Shown here piece by piece: positions 18,333 through 28,149 of a stretch of DNA of 64,000 bases. The DNA comes from Acidilobaceae archaeon (GTDB lineage Archaea > Thermoproteota > Thermoprotei_A > Sulfolobales > Acidilobaceae): assembly GCA_038824665.1 (NCBI GenBank), contig JAWBBK010000002.1, positions 50,365 to 114,364 of the forward strand, read 5' to 3'. Numbering within the stretch: position 1 is the first letter of the stretch; every line of letters starts with the position of its first letter. The notes beneath the pieces are model-generated. The model worked only from the letters and a program-made list of their open reading frames with translations. It was not told where the DNA came from and searched no databases. The position numbers and the translations under genes were made by a program.

Positions 18333-19256
18333 TTGGCTGTTAAAGAGCTATACGTAGTTAAGAGACCTTATGTGTTTGCAGGTATTGAAGGAGATAGAGA
18401 AAAGGCGGTCTTCATAATCCTCGGTGTACCTCTAGACACCACGGCTAGCTATAGGTCAGGACAGAGGTTTGCTCCCTTCTTTATCCGAGAAGCCTCGATC
18501 AATATTGAGTCCAACGCTTACTTCTTTGAAGGCTTTATTGATGAGGTTCAGATATATGATGAAGGCGATCTAGTTGTTGTTCATGGAGACGTACTGGAAT
18601 CTCTTGAAAGACTGGTTGCCGTAACTGAAGAGCTGGTTAACGAAGGGAAGAGGATCGTAGCTATAGGAGGAGAACACATAATGTCCTTTGCAATAGCTAA
18701 AGGGTTAGCTAGAGCTGGTTACAAGCCCTGCCTCTTAGTGTTTGATGCTCACTTAGACCTTAGGAGCGACTATTTGGGAGTTAGATTCAGCCATGCATGT
18801 ATTGTGAGAAGGGTTCTCGAGGCTTTAGGAGATATAAAAATAGCTTACATAGGCACGAGAGCTTATTCTCGAGAGGAAGTAGATTTCGTTCGAACAAAGC
18901 CTTCAGTTCAAGTGGTTTACGCTAGGACTATTGAAACTTTAGGACTAGCCAATGTCTCGGCTATTGTGAAAAGGCACTTATCTGGTTGTGAACATATCTA
19001 TTTGACTATAGATATGGACGTCTATGATCCATCGTTTGCTCCAGGTGTCGGAAACCCCGAACCGGTCGGTCTTACCCCTAGGGAAGTGTTGCCTTTGATA
19101 GCTAAACTAACGGACGAACGGGTTATAGCTATAGATGTGGTCGAAGTAGCTCCTCCATTTGATGTAGGAGGAGTGACAAGCGTCTTGGCCGCAAAAACTC
19201 TTCAAGAAGCTGTATTAGCTGTCAACTCAAGCTTAGTCAGGTCTAGAGAGCTTTGA
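18333..19256 (+). CDS. speB: Agmatinase (ureohydrolase family)
   Basis: GGEH, FDAHLDLR, SHAC, TIDMDVYDP. Confidence 0.92.
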   Translation: MAVKELYVVKRPYVFAGIEGDREKAVFIILGVPLDTTASYRSGQRFAPFFIREASINIESNAYFFEGFIDEVQIYDEGDLVVVHGDVLESLERLVAVTEELVNEGKRIVAIGGEHIMSFAIAKGLARAGYKPCLLVFDAHLDLRSDYLGVRFSHACIVRRVLEALGDIKIAYIGTRAYSREEVDFVRTKPSVQVVYARTIETLGLANVSAIVKRHLSGCEHIYLTIDMDVYDPSFAPGVGNPEPVGLTPREVLPLIAKLTDERVIAIDVVEVAPPFDVGGVTSVLAAKTLQEAVLAVNSSLVRSREL

Positions 19257-19473
19257 CTTTTTTGAGATGTCCGCTTTGAGGTGTAGCTCTGACTTTAGTA
19301 AAAATTCTGTAACCACATTTAGGACACATAAGGCTAGGCAGTCTAGTTATCTCTCGTATTTCGGCTTCGTAACCGCATTGTACACACTTGTAGTAGACGG
19401 GAACGTCTTTTATTCCGTACGGTAGGCTCTCAGCTTTCTCTAAGAAATCTTCATCTCTTCGAGTTATCTCCAT
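19243..19473 (-). CDS. rpoP: DNA-directed RNA polymerase subunit P (Rpo12)
   Basis: YKCVQCG...CPKCGYRIFTKVR...KVKA zinc ribbon. Confidence 0.85.
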   Translation of the reverse strand: MEITRRDEDFLEKAESLPYGIKDVPVYYKCVQCGYEAEIREITRLPSLMCPKCGYRIFTKVRATPQSGHLKKVKAL

Positions 19474-19566
19474 AGAGCGCTCCCTAGCTTCGACGTTCAG
19501 TAAGGTTTTTATCCTTACTCACAAGTGGTAGTATAAGCGAAGAGAATCGAGGGGAGAACTCAAAAG

Positions 19567-19872
19567 ATGTCAGGCTTAGATATATGCGGTAACCTCCCTC
19601 CCGAGATATGTGAGCAACTAGCTTTTGAACAACAGGTCATAAAGATAAGGTTAGAGAAGAGGCGGTTTGGAAAGGAAGTAACAGTAATTGAAGGAATAAA
19701 TGAGAAAGAGTCAAAGTTGAGAGAGCTAGCCTCTATGCTTAAGTCCAAACTAGCTGTTGGAGGCACAGCTAAAGACGGGAGAATAGAGCTTCAAGGAGAC
19801 CATAGACAAAAAGTGAAGAAGATATTGGTAGAGCTGGGATTCCCTGAGGAGAACATACTCGTAATATATTAA
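19567..19872 (+). CDS. Translation initiation factor aIF-1 (SUI1)
   Basis: [31 protein letters not shown]. Confidence 0.95.
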   Translation: MSGLDICGNLPPEICEQLAFEQQVIKIRLEKRRFGKEVTVIEGINEKESKLRELASMLKSKLAVGGTAKDGRIELQGDHRQKVKKILVELGFPEENILVIY

Positions 19873-19918
19873 TAGCCATTAGACAATAAATTTAAATAAA
19901 GCATAAAATGAACGAGAG

Positions 19919-20018
19919 GCTAGGAGGTACTTGTTTTACTGTCTTGTTCTTCTAGAGGGCTGAGGGTTACTTGCTTCTAAAGCTTAAACAAGTGTAAAGC
20001 AGGTCCTCCTAGCGGACA
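19919..20018 (+). ncRNA. Candidate structured ncRNA: ~95-nt imperfect hairpin followed by GGACA
   Basis: Stacked stems GCTAGGAGG/CCTCCTAGC, ACTTGTTTTAC/GTAAAGCAGGT (two G.U), CTTGTT/AACAAG and TAGAGG/CTTCTA; TATA-like TTTAAATA at 19891-19898. Confidence 0.55.
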
Positions 20019-20031
20019 TCGCTAAAAATAT

Positions 20032-21447
20032 TTGTCTTGGTTTTCCGACATAGAACGAGGTAGATTTGTAGTGAACTCACAATCTTCACAGTCTTTAGAT
20101 AGCTTCATCTTACAACTTGAGTCTCTTGTTGCCGAGAAGACAAAGCGTAGCATGGAGATGTATAAAAGAGCGCTTAAAGTATTTCCAGGAGGAACTACAT
20201 ATCATATAAGATGGTTTTCACCTTATCCGCTATTCATCACTAAGGGAAAAGGTTCTAGGGTTTGGGATGTAGACGAGAACGTGTATGACGATTACTGGAT
20301 GGGACACGGAGCTCTAATTTTGGGACACTCTCCAGACTTCGTTAACGAAGCTGTGATCGAAGCTCTCAAAACAGGTTCTCATCTAGGCTTTGAGAACCCC
20401 TATTCTTTAGAGTACGCAGAGTTACTTACTAAAATAGTTCCAGGACTTGAGAAGATCAGGTTTACATGTAGCGGTACTGAAGCCAACATGTACGCTATCA
20501 GACTCTCTAGAGCTTACACAGGTCGTAGATATGTAGTGAAGATCGAGGGAGGCTGGCATGGAGGTCTAGATACTCTCCACTTGGGAGTAACCCCTCCTTT
20601 CGAAGGTCCGGAGTCTCTAGGGCTACCCGAGGACTTCGTTAAGTATACTCTCTCAGTTCCATTCAATGACCTACATGCAATTGAAGACAGACTCAAGAAG
20701 TTCGATGTAGCTGCAGTAATAATAGAACCGGTTCCAGGAGCTGGAGGAATTCTAGAGCCAGAGAAAGACTACCTTAAGGGGGTTAGAGAACTCACTGAGA
20801 AATACGGATCTCTTTTGATATTTGATGAAGTGATAACTGGCTTCAGGCTATCTTTAGGAGGAGCTCAAGAGTACTTTGGAGTTAAAGCCGATATAGTGAC
20901 TCTCGGCAAGATAATAGGAGGAGGGATGCCTGGAGCAGGAGCTTTTGGCGGTAGAGAAGACGTGATGGAAAAACTGGATCACTTAAAAGAACCCAATCCC
21001 AGAAAGAGGAGCTTTCATGGAGGTACGTTTACAGGAAACCCGATCACTTGCATAGCAGGACTAGCTACGATTCAATATTTAGCGTCAAACAGACGTCTTT
21101 ATGAGAGCTTCAACAGCCTCTGGGAAGCTGTAGCTAAAAGAATAGATTCTATATGTGAAGAGAAAGACAGAATCTGCTGGGTTACCAACGTAGCCAACAT
21201 GATTGGAATACACTTCACTTCAAAGAAGCCGAAAAACGTGAGGGAAGCATATATGACAAGGCTGAACTCTAAGCTCTACACAGCGCTACATCTCTTGATG
21301 AGATACAAAGGGATATTATACATGACAGAGAAAATGCCCCATCTCCTTCCGTCAATAGTTCACACTCAACAGCAGGCAGAAAGGCTAGTTCAAGCGTTTG
21401 GAGAAGCCTTAGAGGTTCTAGCAAAGCTTTACAGGTCTCAGCGCTAA
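20032..21447 (+). CDS. hemL: Glutamate-1-semialdehyde 2,1-aminomutase-like class III aminotransferase (start probably GTG 20071)
   Basis: GSRVWDVD, SGTEA, FDEVITGFR, LGKIIGGG, HGGTFTGNP. Confidence 0.8.
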   Translation: MSWFSDIERGRFVVNSQSSQSLDSFILQLESLVAEKTKRSMEMYKRALKVFPGGTTYHIRWFSPYPLFITKGKGSRVWDVDENVYDDYWMGHGALILGHSPDFVNEAVIEALKTGSHLGFENPYSLEYAELLTKIVPGLEKIRFTCSGTEANMYAIRLSRAYTGRRYVVKIEGGWHGGLDTLHLGVTPPFEGPESLGLPEDFVKYTLSVPFNDLHAIEDRLKKFDVAAVIIEPVPGAGGILEPEKDYLKGVRELTEKYGSLLIFDEVITGFRLSLGGAQEYFGVKADIVTLGKIIGGGMPGAGAFGGREDVMEKLDHLKEPNPRKRSFHGGTFTGNPITCIAGLATIQYLASNRRLYESFNSLWEAVAKRIDSICEEKDRICWVTNVANMIGIHFTSKKPKNVREAYMTRLNSKLYTALHLLMRYKGILYMTEKMPHLLPSIVHTQQQAERLVQAFGEALEVLAKLYRSQR

Positions 21448-21484
21448 ACGCTTAAAGACTCTTCTACCGTTTGCGAAGAGCTGG

Positions 21485-21563
21485 GCGGCGGTCGTCTAGC
21501 CTGGACTAGGACGCCGGCCTGCCAAGCCGGAGGTCCCGGGTTCAAATCCCGGCCGCCGCACCA
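21485..21563 (+). tRNA. tRNA-Gly(GCC), no intron, CCA encoded
   Basis: Acceptor GCGGCGG/CCGCCGC; anticodon arm CCGGC-CTGCCAA-GCCGG; TTCAAAT T loop; ends ACCA. Confidence 0.97.
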
Positions 21564-21711
21564 CTAGACTACTTTAGCTTTACAGCTTGTCACAGTACTC
21601 AGAATCTCTCACATCAGTAAAGACTATAGCTAAGCTCATTAGAAATATAGTTTCTCAAAAGAGAAATTTAAAGAGCTTAGTTGAGATAAAAACAGTAAGC
21701 AAGGTGCAAGC

Positions 21712-22647
21712 TTGCACATAGACTATGTAGAGGAGATCAAAAAGCTTAAGAGAGAGATGAACGCAATTGTGTTAGCGCATAACTATCAAGATCCTTTAAT
21801 TCAAGACATAGCTGACTATGTGGGAGACAGCCTAGAGCTGTCTATTAAAGCTAGCACCGCTAATGTCAAATACGTGGTCTTCTGTGGCGTTGACTTCATG
21901 GCTGAACAAGCTGCAGCTCTCAACGAGAAGTCCGTAGTGTTACATCCCGAGCCTCAAGCTAAGTGTCCAATGGCAGCTATGATAACTCTTCAAGATGTTT
22001 TGGAGGCGAAGAAGAAGTATCCCAAAGCTCCTGTAGTTATGTACGTTAATGTGCCTGCTTTGGTCAAAGCCTATTCAGATTACGTCGTTACAAGCGCTAA
22101 CGCTGTAAAGCTAGTGGCCTCACTTAAAGAAGATACAGTGATATTTGGTCCTGACAAACACTTGGCTAACTATATTTCGAGGATGACGGGGAAAGAAGTG
22201 ATACCTATTCCGAGAGACGGCTTCTGTCCAGTTCACGTAGTGTTCAATAAAGCGGAGATCAACGAACTCAGAAAGCTGTACCGTGGAGCTACGTTCATAG
22301 CGCATCCTGAATGTCCACATGAGATTAGAGAGCTAGCGGAAGTTATAGGTAGCACAAGTCAAATGATCAGACAAGTCAGAGGAGTTGCGAGCAAAGTTGT
22401 TCTAGTAGGAACAGAAATAGGGATAATCTATAGACTTTCGAAAGAAAACCCAGACAAAGTCTTCATACCAGCTTCTACAAACGCTATATGTTGGGACATG
22501 AAGAAAATAACGCTTGAAAAAGTGTATAACAGCTTAAAGAACAAAGTTTACAGAGTTGAGATCGATAAAGAGATAAGAGATAGATTGAAAAAAGCTATAG
22601 AGAACACCTTCAACGTTCTAGGAGAGGAGCCTCCGTGGAGGAGGTGA
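21712..22647 (+). CDS. nadA: Quinolinate synthase
   Basis: LAHNYQ, GDS, FCGVDFMAE, CPMA, CPVH, AHPEC. Confidence 0.96.
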   Translation: MHIDYVEEIKKLKREMNAIVLAHNYQDPLIQDIADYVGDSLELSIKASTANVKYVVFCGVDFMAEQAAALNEKSVVLHPEPQAKCPMAAMITLQDVLEAKKKYPKAPVVMYVNVPALVKAYSDYVVTSANAVKLVASLKEDTVIFGPDKHLANYISRMTGKEVIPIPRDGFCPVHVVFNKAEINELRKLYRGATFIAHPECPHEIRELAEVIGSTSQMIRQVRGVASKVVLVGTEIGIIYRLSKENPDKVFIPASTNAICWDMKKITLEKVYNSLKNKVYRVEIDKEIRDRLKKAIENTFNVLGEEPPWRR

Positions 22648-23492
22648 TTTATCGCAAATTCGTTGAAATGTTAGCCGAAGACTCTCCTTTCTGGGACATC
22701 ACCACAGAGGTCTTGATTCCTGAGAACGTTGTTGCGAAGGCGGTTGTTGTAGCTAAAGAGGAAGGAGTAGTTGCCTGCGTAACCGATATTGCTGAAATTC
22801 TTAGAAGACTTGGGCTTCAGGTCAATGTTCGTCTTCAAGATGGAGATAGAGTTTCGAAAGGCGATGTTGTGCTAGAGCTTACTGGCAATGCTAGAAAAGT
22901 GCTCTTCGTTGAGAGAACAGCTCTTAACTTGCTCATGCACTGTAGCGGCGTAGCCACTGCAGTTAGAAGGATGGTTGAAAAGGTCCGTCAAGTCAATCCG
23001 AAAGTTAGGATAGCCGCTACCAGAAAGACTATACCCTTCCTTAGATATTTTGAGAAAAGAGCTGTGTTAGCGGGTGGAGGCGATACTCATAGGTTTTCAC
23101 TTAGCGATGCAGTTCTGATCAAAGAGAATCATCTAAGAATTGTTGGCGACGTGGGGATTGCTGTAAAGACAGCTCGTGAGAAGACCAGCTTTATTCATAA
23201 AGTAGAGGTCGAAGTCTCAAGTATCGAGGATTTAGTGAAGGCAGTTGAAGCAGGTGCCGATATAGTGATGCTTGACAACATGAGCCCTGATGAGGTCAGG
23301 AAAGCGGTCTTAGAACTCAAAAGAAGAGGTCTTCGAGATAAAGTTCTTCTCGAAGTCTCAGGAGGGATCACTTTAGATAATGTAGAAGAGTACGCTAAAA
23401 TCGATGTAGACATAATAAGTTGTGGATGGATAACCATGTCTTCTAAGGCTCTAGACATGAGCTTAGAGATAATAGAGGTGTTATCTAAATGA
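22635..23492 (+). CDS. nadC: Nicotinate-nucleotide diphosphorylase (quinolinate PRTase)
   Basis: ERTALN, ATRKT, HRFSLSDAVLIKENH, EVEV, MLDN. Confidence 0.96.
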   Translation: MEEVIYRKFVEMLAEDSPFWDITTEVLIPENVVAKAVVVAKEEGVVACVTDIAEILRRLGLQVNVRLQDGDRVSKGDVVLELTGNARKVLFVERTALNLLMHCSGVATAVRRMVEKVRQVNPKVRIAATRKTIPFLRYFEKRAVLAGGGDTHRFSLSDAVLIKENHLRIVGDVGIAVKTAREKTSFIHKVEVEVSSIEDLVKAVEAGADIVMLDNMSPDEVRKAVLELKRRGLRDKVLLEVSGGITLDNVEEYAKIDVDIISCGWITMSSKALDMSLEIIEVLSK

Positions 23493-24265
23493 AGAAAATA
23501 GCGATCATTGGTTGTGGAGCGATAGGTTCCACCTTAGCCAAATACGTGTTTCGAGGTTTCATAAAAGCCGAGCTCGTTGCTCTAATGGACATAGAGCCTG
23601 AGAGATGTGAGAAAGTGAGGTTTTCACAAAAAACAAAGATCTGTAAAGAGTTGGAGTGTCTTCTAGAAGAGAGACCCGAAATAGTGGTCGAAGCAGCTTC
23701 ACAAGAGGCTGTCAAGACTCTTGTACCAAAGGTTCTAGAAGCAGGTATAGATGTGATAGTTTTGAGTGTTGGCGCAGTTCTAGATCAAAGTATGCTTAAC
23801 GAAATAGAAAGCATAACGCGAAGGACAAAAGCTAAGGTCTATATCCCATCGGGCGCAATAGCGGGTTTAGATGCTATTAAGGCACTCTCTTTAGAAAAAA
23901 TTGAAAGAGTCATTTTACGAACTAATAAGAGCTTCAAGTCTTTAGGGCTTTCAGAGAAGGACAAAGACGAACTCCTTTACGAAGGTCCAGCAACAGAAGC
24001 GGTTAAGCTTTATCCCGCTAACGTGAACGTAGCGGCTACGTTATCGCTTGCAGCTGGGAGAGAAGCTTGGGTTGAGATATGGGCTAGGAAAGACTTGAAG
24101 ATGAACGTACACGAGATAGAGGTCGAAAGTAACATCTCTAGACTTTATATAAGAGTGGAAAACACACCTCATTCAGAAAATCCCAAGACAAGCTATCTCG
24201 CTGTGCTCTCTGTAACAAGACTTCTAAAACAGATATGTGAAGGAGGGATCATAATAGGCACTTGA
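23489..24265 (+). CDS. nadX: L-aspartate dehydrogenase
   Basis: IIGCGAIG, VEAAS, PSGAIAGLD, PANVNVA, NPKTS; third gene of the nad operon. Confidence 0.94.
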   Translation: MKKIAIIGCGAIGSTLAKYVFRGFIKAELVALMDIEPERCEKVRFSQKTKICKELECLLEERPEIVVEAASQEAVKTLVPKVLEAGIDVIVLSVGAVLDQSMLNEIESITRRTKAKVYIPSGAIAGLDAIKALSLEKIERVILRTNKSFKSLGLSEKDKDELLYEGPATEAVKLYPANVNVAATLSLAAGREAWVEIWARKDLKMNVHEIEVESNISRLYIRVENTPHSENPKTSYLAVLSVTRLLKQICEGGIIIGT

Positions 24266-24424
24266 TTTTCTATGTTTAATAAGCTATGAGATGTGAAGAG
24301 ACCTCAATTATAACAGCTTATACAGACACAAATAAAGCATCATCTACCACTTTCTACACAATTCTGGAGCGAATTATTTAAGAGGTTAGACTTTCTTTCT
24401 CGTTCTTTAGAGGTTCGGGAGAAC

Positions 24425-25540
24425 GTGGTCGAAGGAGCTAGTAGTCTCGCTACCTGGATTCAAACCCTTCTTCAACTACTGTGGATGCTCTTCATTGTTA
24501 TGCTGATTTTAGGTTTCAATCAGCGTCTACAAGTCTACCTTTGGGTTAGAGACATAAGGAGCAAGATGGTGATCCTCGACTCTTTAGCTTCAGAAGCCAG
24601 AAACAGAACTCTCGATTTCCTCTTAAAGAATAACGCAAAAAATCCAGAAACCCTGCTTAATAGAGTTCAAGAGTTCTTCGTTATAGAGCCAGTTACGATA
24701 GAACCTACGGATATAATTAAGAGATTAGAACATCTATTCAACATAAGGGTTAGAAGGTTTAAAGAGGATTTCGAAAAGGCTTTATCGGACGTCGACGAAG
24801 TAGTGAGAGGAAAGGCAGAAGTAGCTGCTGAGATAACGGCGGTTCTCAACTTCATCCATAAGTTGGTAAGACACTATCTTCTTTTAGGAGAGAAGACGAA
24901 CAACTGGGTCTTGATAATGCAACTTCAGCTACAGCTCTCTCAGATCTTACAGATAGCCTCAACATATAGGAGAGCTCTAGAAGATTTCCTTGAGGGTCGT
25001 CCGGTAGGAGACGCAGCAGGACCGATGACAGCAGTGAGACTAGCCGGTCCCAACGCTAAATGGATTGAAATAGAGAGAGATACGACATACACAGAAGTAG
25101 ACTTTGAAGGGAGGAAGTTATTTATAATAAAAGCTAAAGGACCAGCTCCAGAGGTCGGAAAGCCAGGCTCTGCTGTAGAGAAGATCGTGAAGTCTTTAGC
25201 TGAAAAGGGTCGTACTCCGAGCCTTATAATTACTGTAGATGCTGCTCTTAAATTAGAAGGGGAGGATTCAGGCACAATAGCTGATGGTGTAGGAGCTGCA
25301 ATAGGAGATCCAGGTCCAGAGAAGATCAAGTTCGAAAGAGTAGCAGCAGAATACGGGATCCCCCTGAGAGCGGTTATAATCAAGATGTCTCTTGAGGAAG
25401 CGGTAATGGCTGTTGACAAAAAGATCTATGAGGGCGTCGAGAAGGCTGTTGAGAGAGTCAAAGAGATCATCAGATCTGAGAGCAGTCCTGGAGATGTGGT
25501 AATCGTAGCCGGGATCGGAAACACAGGAGGGGTGGTATAG
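24425..25540 (+). CDS. DUF1512-family membrane-anchored protein (HybD/GPR-peptidase-like C-terminal domain)
   Basis: N-terminal TM; VGDAAGP, KAKGP, TVDAALKLEGE, GIGNT. Confidence 0.8.
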   Translation: MVEGASSLATWIQTLLQLLWMLFIVMLILGFNQRLQVYLWVRDIRSKMVILDSLASEARNRTLDFLLKNNAKNPETLLNRVQEFFVIEPVTIEPTDIIKRLEHLFNIRVRRFKEDFEKALSDVDEVVRGKAEVAAEITAVLNFIHKLVRHYLLLGEKTNNWVLIMQLQLQLSQILQIASTYRRALEDFLEGRPVGDAAGPMTAVRLAGPNAKWIEIERDTTYTEVDFEGRKLFIIKAKGPAPEVGKPGSAVEKIVKSLAEKGRTPSLIITVDAALKLEGEDSGTIADGVGAAIGDPGPEKIKFERVAAEYGIPLRAVIIKMSLEEAVMAVDKKIYEGVEKAVERVKEIIRSESSPGDVVIVAGIGNTGGVV

Positions 25541-25839
25541 TGCAGACCCTTATGCAGACAGACAACTTAGCTCAAACAGCAGCGTTCTTACTATTGTTTA
25601 CACTGGTACTGGTAATAGTGATGGCGTACCTAATGAGTAAGCAGAAAGCTCTTACTAAGTCCATGTTGATCCAGAGCAGGAGAAGATTTTACAGTGTGAT
25701 AGATTGTGGCGGTTCTCAGCAGGTGAGAGAGTTTCAGCCTGGAGACTACGTCGGTAAGGTCTTAGGTCCCTGTGGAGAAGGAGGACAGGCTTGGATCATC
25801 GGAATCTATAGTGAAGAAGTTAAAGAGTCCATGAAATAA
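25540..25839 (+). CDS. Small single-TM protein coupled to DUF1512
   Basis: TAG/GTG overlap with DUF1512; TM helix then C...REFQPGDYVGK...C...IIGIY. Confidence 0.7.
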   Translation: MQTLMQTDNLAQTAAFLLLFTLVLVIVMAYLMSKQKALTKSMLIQSRRRFYSVIDCGGSQQVREFQPGDYVGKVLGPCGEGGQAWIIGIYSEEVKESMK

Positions 25840-25907
25840 GGATGTAGAGGCTGAAGAGCGCTCAGCTAGAAGTGTCTTAAAGCTCTCGCCTCTCAAACCC
25901 TCTTTAG

Positions 25908-27641
25908 GTGTCAGCTATGGGAAAGTACATAGTGACAGCTGCCTGGCCTTATGTGAACTACGTTCCACATCTAGGCACAGTGATTCATCTAATAAGCGCT
26001 GACATCTATGCTAGGTATCTAAGGCTAAGAGGACACCAAGTGATATATGTAACGGGTAGCGATGAACACGGAACTCCGATAGAACTAGAAGCAAGGAAGA
26101 AAGGCGTAAGTCCTCGAGAGTTGACAGATGCAGTTCATGCTTATGATTTAGAGCTGTTTAAAAAACTTGAGATAGAGTTCAGCAATTACTCAAGAACAGA
26201 GAGTGAGACACATAAGAAGTTTGTAAAAGAGTTCTTCATGAAGCTCTACGAAAGAGGTTTTATATTCGAACAGGTAGAGATTCTACCCTATTGCGAAAAC
26301 GATAAGATGTTCCTTCCAGATAGGTTTGTAGAAGGAACATGTCCTTATTGTGGAAACCCAAGAGCAAGAGGAGATCAATGTGATGAATGCGGAAGATTAC
26401 TTTACCCAACACTTCTCTTGAATCCTCGCTGTAGCATCTGTGGTTCGAAGCCTGTCTACAAGTCTTCAAAACACTGGTTCATTGATTTAACCAAAGTAAG
26501 AGACCAACTACTCTCGTGGTTAGAGTCCAACAAAGAACTTCAAGATAACGTGCGCGAGTACAGCCTTAGTTGGGTTTCAGCTGGACTGAAGCCAAGAAGC
26601 GTTACCAGAGACCTCTCGTGGGGTATCGAAGCCCCTTTTCCAGGGTCTCAAGACAAAACTATATACGTCTGGTTCGACGCTCTTTTAGGCTATGTGAGTG
26701 CTACCATAGAGTATTTTGAAAAATATAAACAAAACTCTCGTCCAGACGAATGGAAGGAGTGGTGGATGGATAGAGAGACTAAGAGCGTGTACTTTATAGG
26801 TAAAGACAACATACCGTTCCATTCAATAATTCTTCCAGCTCTTTTCATCGCTAGCGGCGAGCCTTACGTAATGCCCTGGAGGATAAGCGCTACGGAGTAC
26901 TTGCTCTACGAGGGACAACATTTCAGCAAAAGCAGAAGAGTAGGAGTTTGGCTTGATGAGGCTTTAGAGATAGCTCCTGGAGAGTACTGGAGGTGGGTTA
27001 TAGCGCGACTCAGACCAGAGGCTAGAGACCAGAACTTCACCTGGACGGAGTTTTACAGAATAGTAAATAGCGAGCTAAACGATGACATAGGCAACTACGT
27101 TAGCAGAGTGCTTTCACTTATAGATAAAATTGGAGGTAGCGTAGAGAAGCCTGAAAAGCTTGAAGATATTGATGAAGAGCTTGTTGAAAACTCTCTGAAA
27201 ACTTCATGGGAGGCTGTTAACGCTCTAGACGATCTGAAGTTCAAGACAGCTACAGACAAAATCTTAGAGCTAGCCAGAATGGGCAACAGATTTCTCAACG
27301 AGAGAGCTCCTTGGACTTCGATACAGTCTAGAAAAGAAGAAGCCATATCTGCGATATACGCTTCAGCTTATGTTCTCAAAAATCTAGCTATTCTATTGGC
27401 TCCCTTTATGCCTAGAACTGCTGAAAGGCTTTGGAGTCTGATGGGACTCGAGGGAGACATCTGGAGCAAGATCATTGACGAAGAGCTTCCGAAAAGACCT
27501 CCTGTGTTCAGGTCTAGGGGAGCGGAACGTCTTTTCACAAAGCTTCCTCCAGATTTTTTGAAGTCTATAAACTTAGTAATTGAAGAGGCTAGAGCGAGAG
27601 CGGAGAAGAAGAGACCTAAGGTCATAGCGGAGGTCAGGTGA
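25908..27641 (+). CDS. metG: Methionine--tRNA ligase (no C-terminal tRNA-binding domain; start probably ATG 25917)
   Basis: AWPYVNYVPHLG, GSDEHG, zinc knuckles, YVWFDA, FIGKDN, HFSKS. Confidence 0.96.
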   Translation: MSAMGKYIVTAAWPYVNYVPHLGTVIHLISADIYARYLRLRGHQVIYVTGSDEHGTPIELEARKKGVSPRELTDAVHAYDLELFKKLEIEFSNYSRTESETHKKFVKEFFMKLYERGFIFEQVEILPYCENDKMFLPDRFVEGTCPYCGNPRARGDQCDECGRLLYPTLLLNPRCSICGSKPVYKSSKHWFIDLTKVRDQLLSWLESNKELQDNVREYSLSWVSAGLKPRSVTRDLSWGIEAPFPGSQDKTIYVWFDALLGYVSATIEYFEKYKQNSRPDEWKEWWMDRETKSVYFIGKDNIPFHSIILPALFIASGEPYVMPWRISATEYLLYEGQHFSKSRRVGVWLDEALEIAPGEYWRWVIARLRPEARDQNFTWTEFYRIVNSELNDDIGNYVSRVLSLIDKIGGSVEKPEKLEDIDEELVENSLKTSWEAVNALDDLKFKTATDKILELARMGNRFLNERAPWTSIQSRKEEAISAIYASAYVLKNLAILLAPFMPRTAERLWSLMGLEGDIWSKIIDEELPKRPPVFRSRGAERLFTKLPPDFLKSINLVIEEARARAEKKRPKVIAEVR

Positions 27642-27647
27642 AGATTT

Positions 27648-28112
27648 ATGAACATAGATATGCCTAGCGTCGGTACTCCCAACGGCATTTACGTCTTTCA
27701 AGAGAGCTCTAAAAAGTGGACTCTTCTCAGATCAGAAGGAGAACCCTTCTCAATCGGTGAACTCGGCGAGGGGGTCTATTTCGTCTACTTCGATAACACG
27801 CTATGTCCAGCATGCAGAGCTCAGGACCAACACTTGCTGAAAGTCCTACTCAAATATGGAAGCAATTCTGAGATCAAGTTTGTGATAATTCTCTGTGACT
27901 GGTTTGCTTCTACATGTACTTCTCAAGCAGCAGCAGAAACCTTTAGGAAGTATGAAGTAAAAGCCAGCCCTACGATACTGATAGCTAAGGTAAAGTCAAA
28001 TGGAATGGTTATAGAAAGACTCGAAGGGGTTAGAAAAGACAGCGTTCTAGAATACTATTTGAAGAAAGCACTTGGTGAACATGTAGAAGAAGAGCTTAAA
28101 AACCAGAGCTGA
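27648..28112 (+). CDS. Thioredoxin-fold protein
   Basis: VYFDNTLCPACR (CxxC), YEVKASPT cis-Pro motif, extra CDWFASTC. Confidence 0.8.
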   Translation: MNIDMPSVGTPNGIYVFQESSKKWTLLRSEGEPFSIGELGEGVYFVYFDNTLCPACRAQDQHLLKVLLKYGSNSEIKFVIILCDWFASTCTSQAAAETFRKYEVKASPTILIAKVKSNGMVIERLEGVRKDSVLEYYLKKALGEHVEEELKNQS

Positions 28113-28149
28113 GCTTATTAAAGCTCTAGAGCTAAGAAGCGAAAGGAGA

